Shown here: piece by piece, positions 51,504-59,778 of the stretch
Position numbering within the stretch: the stretch's first letter is position 1
How the letters are laid out: each line of letters begins with the position of its first letter
From: Vicinamibacterales bacterium
GTDB lineage: Bacteria > Acidobacteriota > Vicinamibacteria > Vicinamibacterales > UBA2999
Direction of reading: 5' to 3'
Length of the DNA: 64,000 nt
Assembly: GCA_036274155.1 (NCBI GenBank)
Contig: DASUGH010000041.1
Location: forward strand, 46,373-110,372
Made by a program: the position numbers and the translations under genes
The notes under the pieces: generated by a model
Told to the model about the DNA's origin: nothing
The model's database searches: none
The model's input: the letters and a program-made list of their open reading frames with translations, nothing else

Positions 51504-52931
51504 ATGGATGCCACGCTTCGCGCGCTGAATCGGTTCGGCCTTGGTGCCCGGCGGGACGAGCGGAGTCGGGTCTCGGACCCGCGCGGCTGGTTGAAGGCGC
51601 AGCTCGATGGCGGCGCACCGTCGCTCCGCGCTCCCGAGGGCGCATCACCAGGCGAGATTGGCGACGCGCTGCGCGCCCTGCGGATGGCCGGGCAGGGCCA
51701 GGAGCAGGACAGGCGCGAGGCCAGGCAGCGCCTCGTCGAGTTGAGCAACAAGGAGATGCACGCCGCGCTCGAGCAGCGCGTGACCGCGGAACGACCGTTC
51801 GTCGAGCGACTGGTCGCGTTCTGGTCCAATCATTTGTGCGTCTCTTCCGGAGGCAAGGCGCAGGTCGCGCCGCTTGCCGGCAGCTACGAGCGCGATGTCA
51901 TCCGCACACATGTGCTCGGCCGCTTCGAGGACATGGTCATGGCGTCGGCCCGGCATCCAGCGATGCTGATGTACCTCGACAACTTCCAGTCGATCGGCCC
52001 CAATTCGCGAGGCGCGCGCGACGGACGCGGAGGCAATGGCCAGCGTCGCGGCCTGAACGAGAACTATGCGCGAGAGCTGCTCGAGCTCCATACTCTCGGC
52101 GTCAACGGCGGCTACACCCAGCAGGATGTCCAGGAGCTGGCCAGGATCCTCACGGGGTGGACGGTCAGCGGCATCGGCGGGCCTGGCGATCGCCTTCAGC
52201 CGCCGGGCCGCACTCAGGGGCGGCGGCAGCAGGTACAGGCGCTGCGCGGCCGGCCCGCGCAAGGCGCCCCCATCGGCTTCGTCTTCCAGGAGCTCCTCCA
52301 CGAGCCTGGAACGAAGACCGTGCTCGGCGAGCGATACCGCGAGGCGGGCATCGAGGAAGGGGAAAAAGTCATTCGCACGTTGTGCCACCACCCGTCTACG
52401 GCGCGCTTCGTCGCAATGAAGCTCGTGACCCACTTCGTGAGCGACGAACCACCCGCTGCTGCCGTGGATCGCGTGGCAAAGGCCTTCTCCTCGAGCGGCG
52501 GCGATCTCGAGGCCGTCGCCCGGGCGCTCGTCGACGAGCCCGAGGCCTGGCGCGAGGATGCGCGCAAGTTCCGCACGCCGCAGGACTGGTTCGTTGCCGT
52601 GCTGCGCGCGTTCGACGCGCGCGACGTGAAGCCGAATGTGCCGAACCTGCTGCGGCAGCTCCGCCAACCGCTCTGGTCGCCGGCGTCTCCCCAAGGCTTC
52701 AGCGACACGCTGCAGGACTGGGCCGACCCCGACTCGCTGCTCAACCGCGGCGAGCTGGCGCGCACGTTGTCGGGGCTTGCCGGCACCAACCGTCTCGATC
52801 CGAAGTTCCTGCTCGACCTCGTCGACGTGCCGGCCACTGATCCCGTTCACCGCCTGCTCGCCGACACCACGATTTCCACGTCCGATCGGCTGGCGCTTGC
52901 CATCGCCGGGCCGGCCTTCCAGTGGAGGTAG
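51504..52931 (+). CDS. DUF1800-family protein
   Basis: The blocks LNRFGLGA, FW.NH..VS, M..YLDN..S and NENYARELLELHTLGV.GGYTQ.DV.E.ARILTGW are characteristic of DUF1800. Confidence 0.85.
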   Translation: MDATLRALNRFGLGARRDERSRVSDPRGWLKAQLDGGAPSLRAPEGASPGEIGDALRALRMAGQGQEQDRREARQRLVELSNKEMHAALEQRVTAERPFVERLVAFWSNHLCVSSGGKAQVAPLAGSYERDVIRTHVLGRFEDMVMASARHPAMLMYLDNFQSIGPNSRGARDGRGGNGQRRGLNENYARELLELHTLGVNGGYTQQDVQELARILTGWTVSGIGGPGDRLQPPGRTQGRRQQVQALRGRPAQGAPIGFVFQELLHEPGTKTVLGERYREAGIEEGEKVIRTLCHHPSTARFVAMKLVTHFVSDEPPAAAVDRVAKAFSSSGGDLEAVARALVDEPEAWREDARKFRTPQDWFVAVLRAFDARDVKPNVPNLLRQLRQPLWSPASPQGFSDTLQDWADPDSLLNRGELARTLSGLAGTNRLDPKFLLDLVDVPATDPVHRLLADTTISTSDRLALAIAGPAFQWR

Positions 52932-52933
52932 TC

Positions 52934-54094
52934 ATGCGCCGCCGCGATTTCGTTCGAACCATGTGTTACGGCGGGCTGGCAACGTTTGCGCTGCCGCGCG
53001 TCTCGTTTGCCCAGGTCGGCGGCACCAACCGGCTGGTGTTCATCCTTCTGCGTGGCGGGTTCGACGGCCTGGCGGCGGTGGTCCCGTACGGCGATCCGGA
53101 CTACCGCGCGCTGCGCGAGTCGTTTGCCTTCCCCACGTCGGAGCTCGTCACGCTCGACGACACGTTCGGCCTGGCACCTGGCCTCTCGCCGCTGCGGACG
53201 CTGTGGGACGCGAACGAGCTTGCGGTCGTGCACGCGATGGCCATCCCGCATCGCACCCGCAGTCACTTCGATGGTCAGGCGATTCTCGAGACCGGCCTCG
53301 ATCATCCCGCCGGGTCGTCCGACGGATGGTTGAATCGTCTGCTGCAGGTGATGTCGGGCAAGCGCTCCGGCATCGCAATCGCGGCCGGCATGCCGCTCTC
53401 GCTCAGCGGATCGTTCCAGGTCGAGTCGTGGTCGCCGACGCAGCTCGGCGCCGTCGACGATGTCTTCCTCGAGCGCCTGGCGGTGCTGTACCGGTCGGAT
53501 CGTGCGTTGGCGAACCGGTTCGAGGCGGCCGTGCAGCAGAAGGACCTCGTTGGCGAAGAGCCGATGGCGCGAGGCAACGCGCGGCGCGGCGGAATCACTC
53601 CGCTGATGAAGGCAGCGGCCAAGATTCTCAAGCAGGATCAGGGACCCAACATCGCCGCCATGGAGTTCAGTGGCTGGGACACGCATGCGAACCAGGGGCT
53701 CGCCGGCGGCGCGCTCGATCGCCTCCTTGGCCAGCTCGCGGAAGGCCTCGTCGCCTTCCGGACCGACATGGGATCGGCGTGGGCGAACACCACCGTGGTC
53801 GTGATGACCGAATTCGGCCGCACCGCGCGGCCGAACGGCACGCGCGGCACCGATCACGGCACTGCCGGTGCCGGCTTCGTTCTCGGCACGCGCATCGGCA
53901 AGTCCCACGTCGTCGCCGACTGGCCAGGACTGGCGAACAAGAATCTCTTCGAGGGACGCGACCTCAAGCCGACGCTCGACACGCGCGCCGTGCTGAAGGC
54001 TGCGCTCTCGGGCACCTTCGACCTGACAGCCGCCCAGCTCGAGCGAGTGTTCCCGGGATCAGCCGCGATTCACGCGGCTGGCCTGATGGCCTGA
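52934..54094 (+). CDS. DUF1501-family protein with Tat signal
   Basis: GGAGG sits 5 nt before ATG 52934. The start MRRRDFVRTMCYGGLATFAL carries a twin-arginine motif. The blocks LRGG.DGL..VVP, GWDTH and EFGRT...N...GTDHG are present. DUF1501 is the partner family of DUF1800. Confidence 0.85.
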   Translation: MRRRDFVRTMCYGGLATFALPRVSFAQVGGTNRLVFILLRGGFDGLAAVVPYGDPDYRALRESFAFPTSELVTLDDTFGLAPGLSPLRTLWDANELAVVHAMAIPHRTRSHFDGQAILETGLDHPAGSSDGWLNRLLQVMSGKRSGIAIAAGMPLSLSGSFQVESWSPTQLGAVDDVFLERLAVLYRSDRALANRFEAAVQQKDLVGEEPMARGNARRGGITPLMKAAAKILKQDQGPNIAAMEFSGWDTHANQGLAGGALDRLLGQLAEGLVAFRTDMGSAWANTTVVVMTEFGRTARPNGTRGTDHGTAGAGFVLGTRIGKSHVVADWPGLANKNLFEGRDLKPTLDTRAVLKAALSGTFDLTAAQLERVFPGSAAIHAAGLMA

Positions 54095-54107
54095 AGAAGA
54101 CATCGCC

Positions 54108-54166
54108 GCACCGAGCGTCAGCTCGGTTGATGTGAGAGATTCGCAGCACCGAGCGTCAGCTCGGTG
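54108..54166. repeat. Two REP-variant hairpins (CACCGAGC-GTCA-GCTCGGTG)
   Basis: GCACCGAGCGTCAGCTCGGTTG and GCAGCACCGAGCGTCAGCTCGGTG lie between convergent genes. Confidence 0.7.
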
Positions 54167-54192
54167 GATGAAGAGACATTCGGGGACGCCGC

Positions 54193-54873
54193 CTACCGCA
54201 TCCGTCGCGCGATGAGCACGCCCTCACGAATGGGAACGGCGACCGTTTCGAAGTCCGCATCCGCCGCCACGATGCGGTTGAACCGGTCGGCGCCGTCGCG
54301 ATCGGCGCTGCGGCCGTGTGGCAGGTCGATCCACCACGAATTGCTCCCCAGCACGTTGTCGGCGACAAGGAGCCCTCCAACCGCAATCAGCGGACGGACC
54401 AGCGAGAAGTAGTCGGGGTACTCGCGCTTCGTCGCATCGAGGAACACGAAATCGACCGATCCCGGACTCAACTCCGCCGCAAGCGCCGGCAGCACCGCCA
54501 GCGCCGCGCCGCGACGGATCTCGACCGCGGCCGACAAACCGGCAGCGTCGAACTCGCGTTGAGCGAAGTCGGCGTGTGCAGGTTCGAATTCGATGGTGAT
54601 GAGCCTGCCGCCTGGCGCCAGCCCGCGCGCGATCCAGATTCCGGAGTAACCGGCGAGCGTCCCGACTTCAATGGCGACTCGGCCGCCGCGACCTTCGCCA
54701 GTCATGCCGGCAAGCAGCATCAGCAGTCGGCCGACGTCCGGTGAGACGGCGATGTCGGGAAGCCCGGCGGCGATCGCCCGGGGCGACAGCGTGGCCAGCT
54801 GCTCGTCCTGGGCGCCGAACACGTCGATGAGGTAGGAGGCGGTGGTCTTCCACCGCGAGGCGGTCATGTCCAT
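54193..54873 (-). CDS. Class I SAM-dependent O-methyltransferase (caffeoyl-CoA OMT-like)
   Basis: The blocks IEVGTLAGYSGIW.A..L...GRL.TIE, VDFVFLDA.K..Y and GGLLV.DNVL are typical of the Methyltransf_3 family. Start set at MDMTASRW. Confidence 0.8.
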   Translation of the reverse strand: MDMTASRWKTTASYLIDVFGAQDEQLATLSPRAIAAGLPDIAVSPDVGRLLMLLAGMTGEGRGGRVAIEVGTLAGYSGIWIARGLAPGGRLITIEFEPAHADFAQREFDAAGLSAAVEIRRGAALAVLPALAAELSPGSVDFVFLDATKREYPDYFSLVRPLIAVGGLLVADNVLGSNSWWIDLPHGRSADRDGADRFNRIVAADADFETVAVPIREGVLIARRMR

Positions 54874-54901
54874 GGGTGGTTCCCGATCCGACGCTTGTGG
54901 T

Positions 54902-54959
54902 CCGGCTGAAGCCGGCTGAAGCCGGACACTACTCGAGAGGCCGGACACTACTCGAGAGG
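54902..54959. repeat. Back-to-back perfect tandem duplications (10-bp x2, then 20-bp x2)
   Basis: CCGGCTGAAG CCGGCTGAAG CCGG is followed by GCCGGACACTACTCGAGAG twice (54920..54939 and 54940..54959). Confidence 0.8.
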
Positions 54960-55138
54960 GCTGAAGAGGGCGCCTGCTCTCCGTGAGGATCTCCGGCTCG
55001 TGTCCGTCCGTTGTGGCAGCTGACGCACTGCTGCCTGACGAGCTCGGCGTGGGGCGCGGCAAGCGGCTGCGCATCAGCCGTCCGTGCTCCCGCGATCGCC
55101 AGAAGCGTGCATGCGCCGATGACGACAGCTCGCTTCAT
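54929..55138 (-). pseudogene. Truncated heme-c N-terminal fragment (DUF1592/PSCyt-like start)
   Basis: Signal peptide MKRAVVIGACTLLAIAGARTADA, then AELVRQQCVSCHNGRTRAGD, which parallels DQYCVTCHNERLKTGG of 14335..16722. The reading frame then runs into the 20-bp tandem duplication and stops at 69 aa. Confidence 0.5.
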
Positions 55139-55180
55139 TCAGGGCGTTCCCCGTGCCAGGCGGAGGCACGGCGGCGCCAG

Positions 55181-55207
55181 TATAATCCCGGCCAACTGCT
55201 GGCCGGG
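55181..55207 (+). promoter_or_regulatory. Perfect TATAAT hexamer followed by an 8-bp GC hairpin, upstream of the response regulator
   Basis: TATAAT (55181..55186) is rare in this GC-rich context, and I see no convincing -35. It is followed directly by CCCGGCCA-ACTGC-TGGCCGGG (55187..55207). Confidence 0.3.
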
Positions 55208-55318
55208 TGCGGGCCACGACTGTCCCTTGCCTGTGAGGCCGGGAGTGGTATTGTTTCCGGCAACTGAACCGGCCGCCACGCCCTGCGCGGGACTGGTGGT
55301 TCGCTCGGCAGGCCTCAC

Positions 55319-55960
55319 GTGGCGACTTCCTCTTGCGCTCGCCCGATTCGCGTGCTCGCCGTCGACGATCACCTGTTGATGCAGGAGGGGATCGCGAGCG
55401 TGGTTGGCACCCAGCCGGACATGGTGCTCGTGGCCCGGGCGCACAGCGGGGAAGAGGCCGTGGCGCAGTTCGCGCGACACCTGCCCGACATCACGCTCAT
55501 GGACCTCCGGCTGCCCGCGATGAGCGGTACGGAGGCAATTCGCGAGATACGGCACCTGCAGCCCGATGCGCGAGTCATTGTCCTCACGATCTATCAGGGG
55601 GATGAGGATATCTACCGGGCGATGGAAGCCGGTGCCCGGGCCTACCTGCTGAAGGACACCCTCTCCGACCGTCTGATTTGCACGATTCGTGACGTGCACG
55701 CCGGACGACGCGTCGTACCGCCGGATATCGCGACGGCTCTCGAACGGCGCGCCTTACGGCCGCCGCTCACCCGGCGGGAACAGCAGGTGCTCGAGCGGCT
55801 GGCCAAGGGGCAGCGCAACAAAGAGATCGCCGCGGCGCTGCGAATCGGCGTAGACACCGCAAACGATCACCTCAAGAGCATCTTCTCGAAGCTGGGCGTC
55901 CACGACCGGACGGCGGCGCTCGTCGAAGCGCTTCGCACGGGACTCATCCATCTCGACTGA
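55319..55960 (+). CDS. NarL/FixJ-type response regulator (REC plus LuxR HTH)
   Basis: The REC domain reads RVLAVDDH, ITLMDLRLP (phospho-acceptor Asp) and VIVLT. The HTH reads LTRREQQVLERLAKGQRNKEIAAAL.I...T...HLKSIFSKLGV.DRT. No adjacent histidine kinase is present. Confidence 0.85.
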   Translation: MATSSCARPIRVLAVDDHLLMQEGIASVVGTQPDMVLVARAHSGEEAVAQFARHLPDITLMDLRLPAMSGTEAIREIRHLQPDARVIVLTIYQGDEDIYRAMEAGARAYLLKDTLSDRLICTIRDVHAGRRVVPPDIATALERRALRPPLTRREQQVLERLAKGQRNKEIAAALRIGVDTANDHLKSIFSKLGVHDRTAALVEALRTGLIHLD

Positions 55961-56096
55961 CCCCCCCCGAATTGGGGATGTCCCCGGCTCGACCAATGCC
56001 CTAATGTGTGCATCCGCACGACAGGCCTGCGCGCCGGCTCGAGGCGCGGAGGACCAGCCGTGGTGATTGGCTGTACGACTGGTTGGAGGGTGCGTC

Positions 56097-59000
56097 ATGC
56101 CGCGACTCATTCGTGTGGCGGTGGTTCTCGCTGTGCTGCTCATGCCGGCCCTGGCGCTCGCCCAGGCGTCGATTACCGGTGTTGTGCGCGACTCCTCGGG
56201 CGCCGTACTGCCAGGCGTCACGGTCGAGGCCTCGAGCCCCGCTCTGATCGAGAAGGTCAGAGTGGTCGTCACCGACGGAAACGGTCAATACCGGTTCGTC
56301 GATCTCCGTCCCGGCACCTACGCAGTGGCCTTCAAGTTGACCGGGTTCTCGACCGTGCGCCGTGAAAATATCGAGCTGACCGGTGCCTTCGTCGCCTCGG
56401 TCGACGGCGACCTCAAGGTCGGTGCCGTCGAGGAGATCGTCAGTGTCACCGGCGACATCCCGCTCGTCGACATCCAGCGGACCACGCAGCAGCGCGTGTT
56501 CGATCAGGAGGTGATCGAAGCGATCCCTGTGGGCCGGAGCCACATCGATCTGGTCGTCCTGATTCCGGGACTCTCCGCCTCGCAGCCCGGCCGCGGCGCG
56601 CTGGCCGACGTCGGCGGAACCAACAACCTGCAGAACACCCAGTTCACGATACACGGCGGCCGAACGTCGGATACCCGCCTGCAACTCGACGGTGTCCGCC
56701 TCGGCAACATTCTCTCGTTCTCGGGCGGCGAGTTCTCGAACTTCGTGCCCGATACGGGAGCCACTCAGGAGATCGCGGTCGACTACTCGGCCATCACCGC
56801 CGAACAGGCATTCGGCGGCATTCGTATCGACATCATTCCCCGTGAAGGCGGTAACTCACTCCGGGGCTCGATCTTCGCGACCGGCGTGAACTCGGATTGG
56901 CAGGCAAGCAACCTGACGCCCGAGCTGGAGGCGGCCGGACTTCCCGATCCGAACGAGATGAAGCACGCCCACGATGTCAACGTGTCGGTGGGCGGCCCTA
57001 TCGTGCGCGACACGCTCTGGTTCTACACGTCGGCGCGCTGGCAGTCGAATCAGAACTACATTGCGGGGCTCTACAACAACGCGAATGCGGGTGATCCCAC
57101 TCAGTGGCTGCGCGTCGAGGACAGAAGCCAGCGCGGGTACTTCTCGCTCGAGCAGAATGGCATCAACGCGCGGCTGACGTGGCAAGCGGCGCCGAAGCAC
57201 AAGGTCTCGGTCTTTTACGACAATCAGGCGCGAATCTGGGACGACACTCGCGTCGGTGTTTCCCCGGAGTCTGCTGTCAACTATCGCTTCCCGCGGCTGA
57301 ACCTTGCCCAGGCCGGCTGGACGTCGCCGATGACGAACAAGCTCCTGTTCGAGGGGCGGTTCGCGTTGCGCGGCGAAGCGTTCGGGAACGAATTGCCCGA
57401 TGAAGGTTCTGTTTACCGCTCGATGATTCCGGTCCTCGAGCAGTCGAACCAGCTGTTCTATCGAGGCAAGGGAGGGGACGGCGGCGTCAGCGGAACCTTC
57501 GGGTACTCGAGCCAGAAGATCTACTCGGCGGTTGCGTCGGCCTCGTATGTGACCGGCTCGCACGCCTTCAAGGTCGGCATGTCGGACACCTGGGGCAGAA
57601 CCGACAGCACGACGGATTCGAACTCCCAGTACCTCTTCTACCGCTTCAACAACGGCATACCCAACCAGTTCACGATGTACGCCCAGCCGTCGAGGGCGGC
57701 GACGCTCCAGAAGTCGGAGCTCGGCATCTACGGCCAGGATCGCTGGACGTTCAACCGCTACACGGTCAACCTCGGCGTCAGGTACGACTACTACCGTGGC
57801 GGGTACCCCGAGCAGTACCGTGGACCGGTACTGCTCCTTCCAACGCAGAACTACTCTTCGGCCGCGGTGACCACCCAGAGTCTCCACGACCTCACCCCGC
57901 GCATGGGCGTCGCCTACGACCTTTTTGGCAACGGCAAGACGGCCGTCAAGGCGACACTCGGGAAGTACGTCCTGGCGCTGACCACCGTGGGCAACCCGTT
58001 GGGCGTGACCAATTTCGCGTCGAGGGACTGGATCGACGCGGACAGTGACTTCGTCGTCGACTGCAATCTGATCAGCATGGCCGCGCAGAATCCCACGACG
58101 ATCGGCGGCGTGGCCAACCCGGCCTACAACCCCGCCATCGACACGTGCGGTGCCGGACCCGCCAATTTCGGCCAGCTCACGTCAGTGGCCCAGTTCGACG
58201 AAGACACTCGATTTGGATGGGGCAATCGTTTCTACAACTGGGAATTCTCGACGAGCGTGCAGCACGAGATCGTCCCGCGCGTGGCGATCGACGTCGGCTA
58301 CTTCCGACGCTGGTTCGGCAATTTCACGGTGATTCAGACGATTGGCCGCACGGCAGCCGACTTCGATCAGTTCAACGTGATTGCGCCGATCGATCCGGGC
58401 CTGCCGAATGGAGGCGGGTACACAATCGAGGGCCTGTACAACCTCAAGCCGGCGGCGCAAGGCGCCGCCGTGACGAGCTACACCGCGTTTGCGGACGATT
58501 TCGGCAAGCAGACCGAGCACTGGAACGGCATGGACTTCTCGGTGAACGCGCGGGTGCGAAACGGGGTCATGCTGCAGGGTGGCGTGAGCACGGGCCGAAC
58601 GACGACCGACAACTGCGACGTTCTGGCCAACCCCGATCTCGGGGCCAACCCGAGTCTGCGGAACTGCCACAATCAGGCCAGTTTCCTGACGCAGGTGAAA
58701 CTGCTCGGCACCTACCTGCTGCCGAAGGTGGACGTGAATGTGGCCGCCACCTTCCAGAGCACGCCAGGGATAGCCGTCTCCGCGAACCGTAACTACACCA
58801 GCCCCAGCTCCGATGTGATATGGGTCGGGACCAACCCCCGCGCTTTTACCGGGACCACCGCGACCGTCAACCTGCTCAACCCGGGCGATATCTATGGCGA
58901 CCGCATCAATCAGTTCGATCTTCGATTCGGCCGGTCGTTCCGCTTCGGGCCTCGGCGGGTAACGGCCAACCTCGACATCTACAACGTCTTCAACGCCAGC

Positions 59001-59099
59001 CCGGTCATGCAGGAGAACGCCGCCTACGCGGTGTGGCGCACACCGCAGCGGATCATGGACGCCAGGCTCTTCAAGATCAGCGCGCAATTGGATTTCTGA
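56097..59099 (+). CDS. CarboxypepD_reg-domain TonB-dependent-receptor-like outer-membrane protein
   Basis: GGAGGG lies before ATG 56097, followed by a signal peptide. The N-terminus SITGVVRDSSGAVLPGVTVEASSPALIEKVRVVVTDGNGQYRFVDLRPGTYAV is followed by a roughly 880-aa barrel ending ...RLFKISAQLDF (terminal aromatic). Confidence 0.85.
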   Translation: MPRLIRVAVVLAVLLMPALALAQASITGVVRDSSGAVLPGVTVEASSPALIEKVRVVVTDGNGQYRFVDLRPGTYAVAFKLTGFSTVRRENIELTGAFVASVDGDLKVGAVEEIVSVTGDIPLVDIQRTTQQRVFDQEVIEAIPVGRSHIDLVVLIPGLSASQPGRGALADVGGTNNLQNTQFTIHGGRTSDTRLQLDGVRLGNILSFSGGEFSNFVPDTGATQEIAVDYSAITAEQAFGGIRIDIIPREGGNSLRGSIFATGVNSDWQASNLTPELEAAGLPDPNEMKHAHDVNVSVGGPIVRDTLWFYTSARWQSNQNYIAGLYNNANAGDPTQWLRVEDRSQRGYFSLEQNGINARLTWQAAPKHKVSVFYDNQARIWDDTRVGVSPESAVNYRFPRLNLAQAGWTSPMTNKLLFEGRFALRGEAFGNELPDEGSVYRSMIPVLEQSNQLFYRGKGGDGGVSGTFGYSSQKIYSAVASASYVTGSHAFKVGMSDTWGRTDSTTDSNSQYLFYRFNNGIPNQFTMYAQPSRAATLQKSELGIYGQDRWTFNRYTVNLGVRYDYYRGGYPEQYRGPVLLLPTQNYSSAAVTTQSLHDLTPRMGVAYDLFGNGKTAVKATLGKYVLALTTVGNPLGVTNFASRDWIDADSDFVVDCNLISMAAQNPTTIGGVANPAYNPAIDTCGAGPANFGQLTSVAQFDEDTRFGWGNRFYNWEFSTSVQHEIVPRVAIDVGYFRRWFGNFTVIQTIGRTAADFDQFNVIAPIDPGLPNGGGYTIEGLYNLKPAAQGAAVTSYTAFADDFGKQTEHWNGMDFSVNARVRNGVMLQGGVSTGRTTTDNCDVLANPDLGANPSLRNCHNQASFLTQVKLLGTYLLPKVDVNVAATFQSTPGIAVSANRNYTSPSSDVIWVGTNPRAFTGTTATVNLLNPGDIYGDRINQFDLRFGRSFRFGPRRVTANLDIYNVFNASPVMQENAAYAVWRTPQRIMDARLFKISAQLDF

Positions 59100-59121
59100 G
59101 GCACTGGCGATCGTTCGCAGG

Positions 59122-59140
59122 GCGGATCGGTGCGATCCGC
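59122..59140 (+). terminator. Hairpin downstream of the TonB-type gene
   Basis: GCGGATC-GGTGC-GATCCGC lies 23 nt after the stop. There is no U-tract. Confidence 0.35.
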
Positions 59141-59201
59141 AGAATCAGGCTGAGCGCAGCGGCGCAGAGATACAATTGCGAATCCCGAGGCCCGGTGACG
59201 C

Positions 59202-59765
59202 ATGACGAAGCGCTTGGTATGCCTGACGGTTGTCCTCGCCGGAGCAACGGCGGCGCTGCACGCACAGCAGCAGCGGCCGCCGCTCCCGGTCTCGACGCTC
59301 ACGGCGCTCGATTACTTCGAGATCGGCCAGCTGGTCGCGAAGTACGCGCGCGCCATCGACACCTGTTCCAACAACGGCTATGACTACGCCGACCTGTTCG
59401 CGGAGGACGGTTTCTTCGCTCCTGAGCAGAACGGCGTGGTCGGCACGAAGTTCCAGGGGCGGGAGCGTCTGGCCGAAGCGTCGGGTGGCGGCTCGCGCGG
59501 ATGCAAGAACGTCGGCTGGATCCAGCAGGGCGTCAAGCATCTCTACGTGAATCACATCATCACGCCGACCGCGGATGGAGCCGTCGGCACGGTCGACATG
59601 CTGATGATCGGCCTGGGAGGTGACCCGAACAGGATTCGCCACGAGGGATACTACGAGGACACCTACGTCAAAACGCCGAAGGGCTGGCGCTTCAAGTCAC
59701 GCATTCACCATGTGCCGCCCACGTCACAGAATCCAGGGACGCCGCCGCCCGGCCAGTCGAAGTAG
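59202..59765 (+). CDS. SnoaL-like/NTF2-family protein with signal peptide
   Basis: Signal peptide MTKRLVCLTVVLAGATAALHA. The blocks I..L...YA.AID......YADLFAEDG.F and GWRFKSR are typical of the SnoaL_4 fold. Confidence 0.7.
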   Translation: MTKRLVCLTVVLAGATAALHAQQQRPPLPVSTLTALDYFEIGQLVAKYARAIDTCSNNGYDYADLFAEDGFFAPEQNGVVGTKFQGRERLAEASGGGSRGCKNVGWIQQGVKHLYVNHIITPTADGAVGTVDMLMIGLGGDPNRIRHEGYYEDTYVKTPKGWRFKSRIHHVPPTSQNPGTPPPGQSK

Positions 59766-59778
59766 CGCTCGTCGCGCG

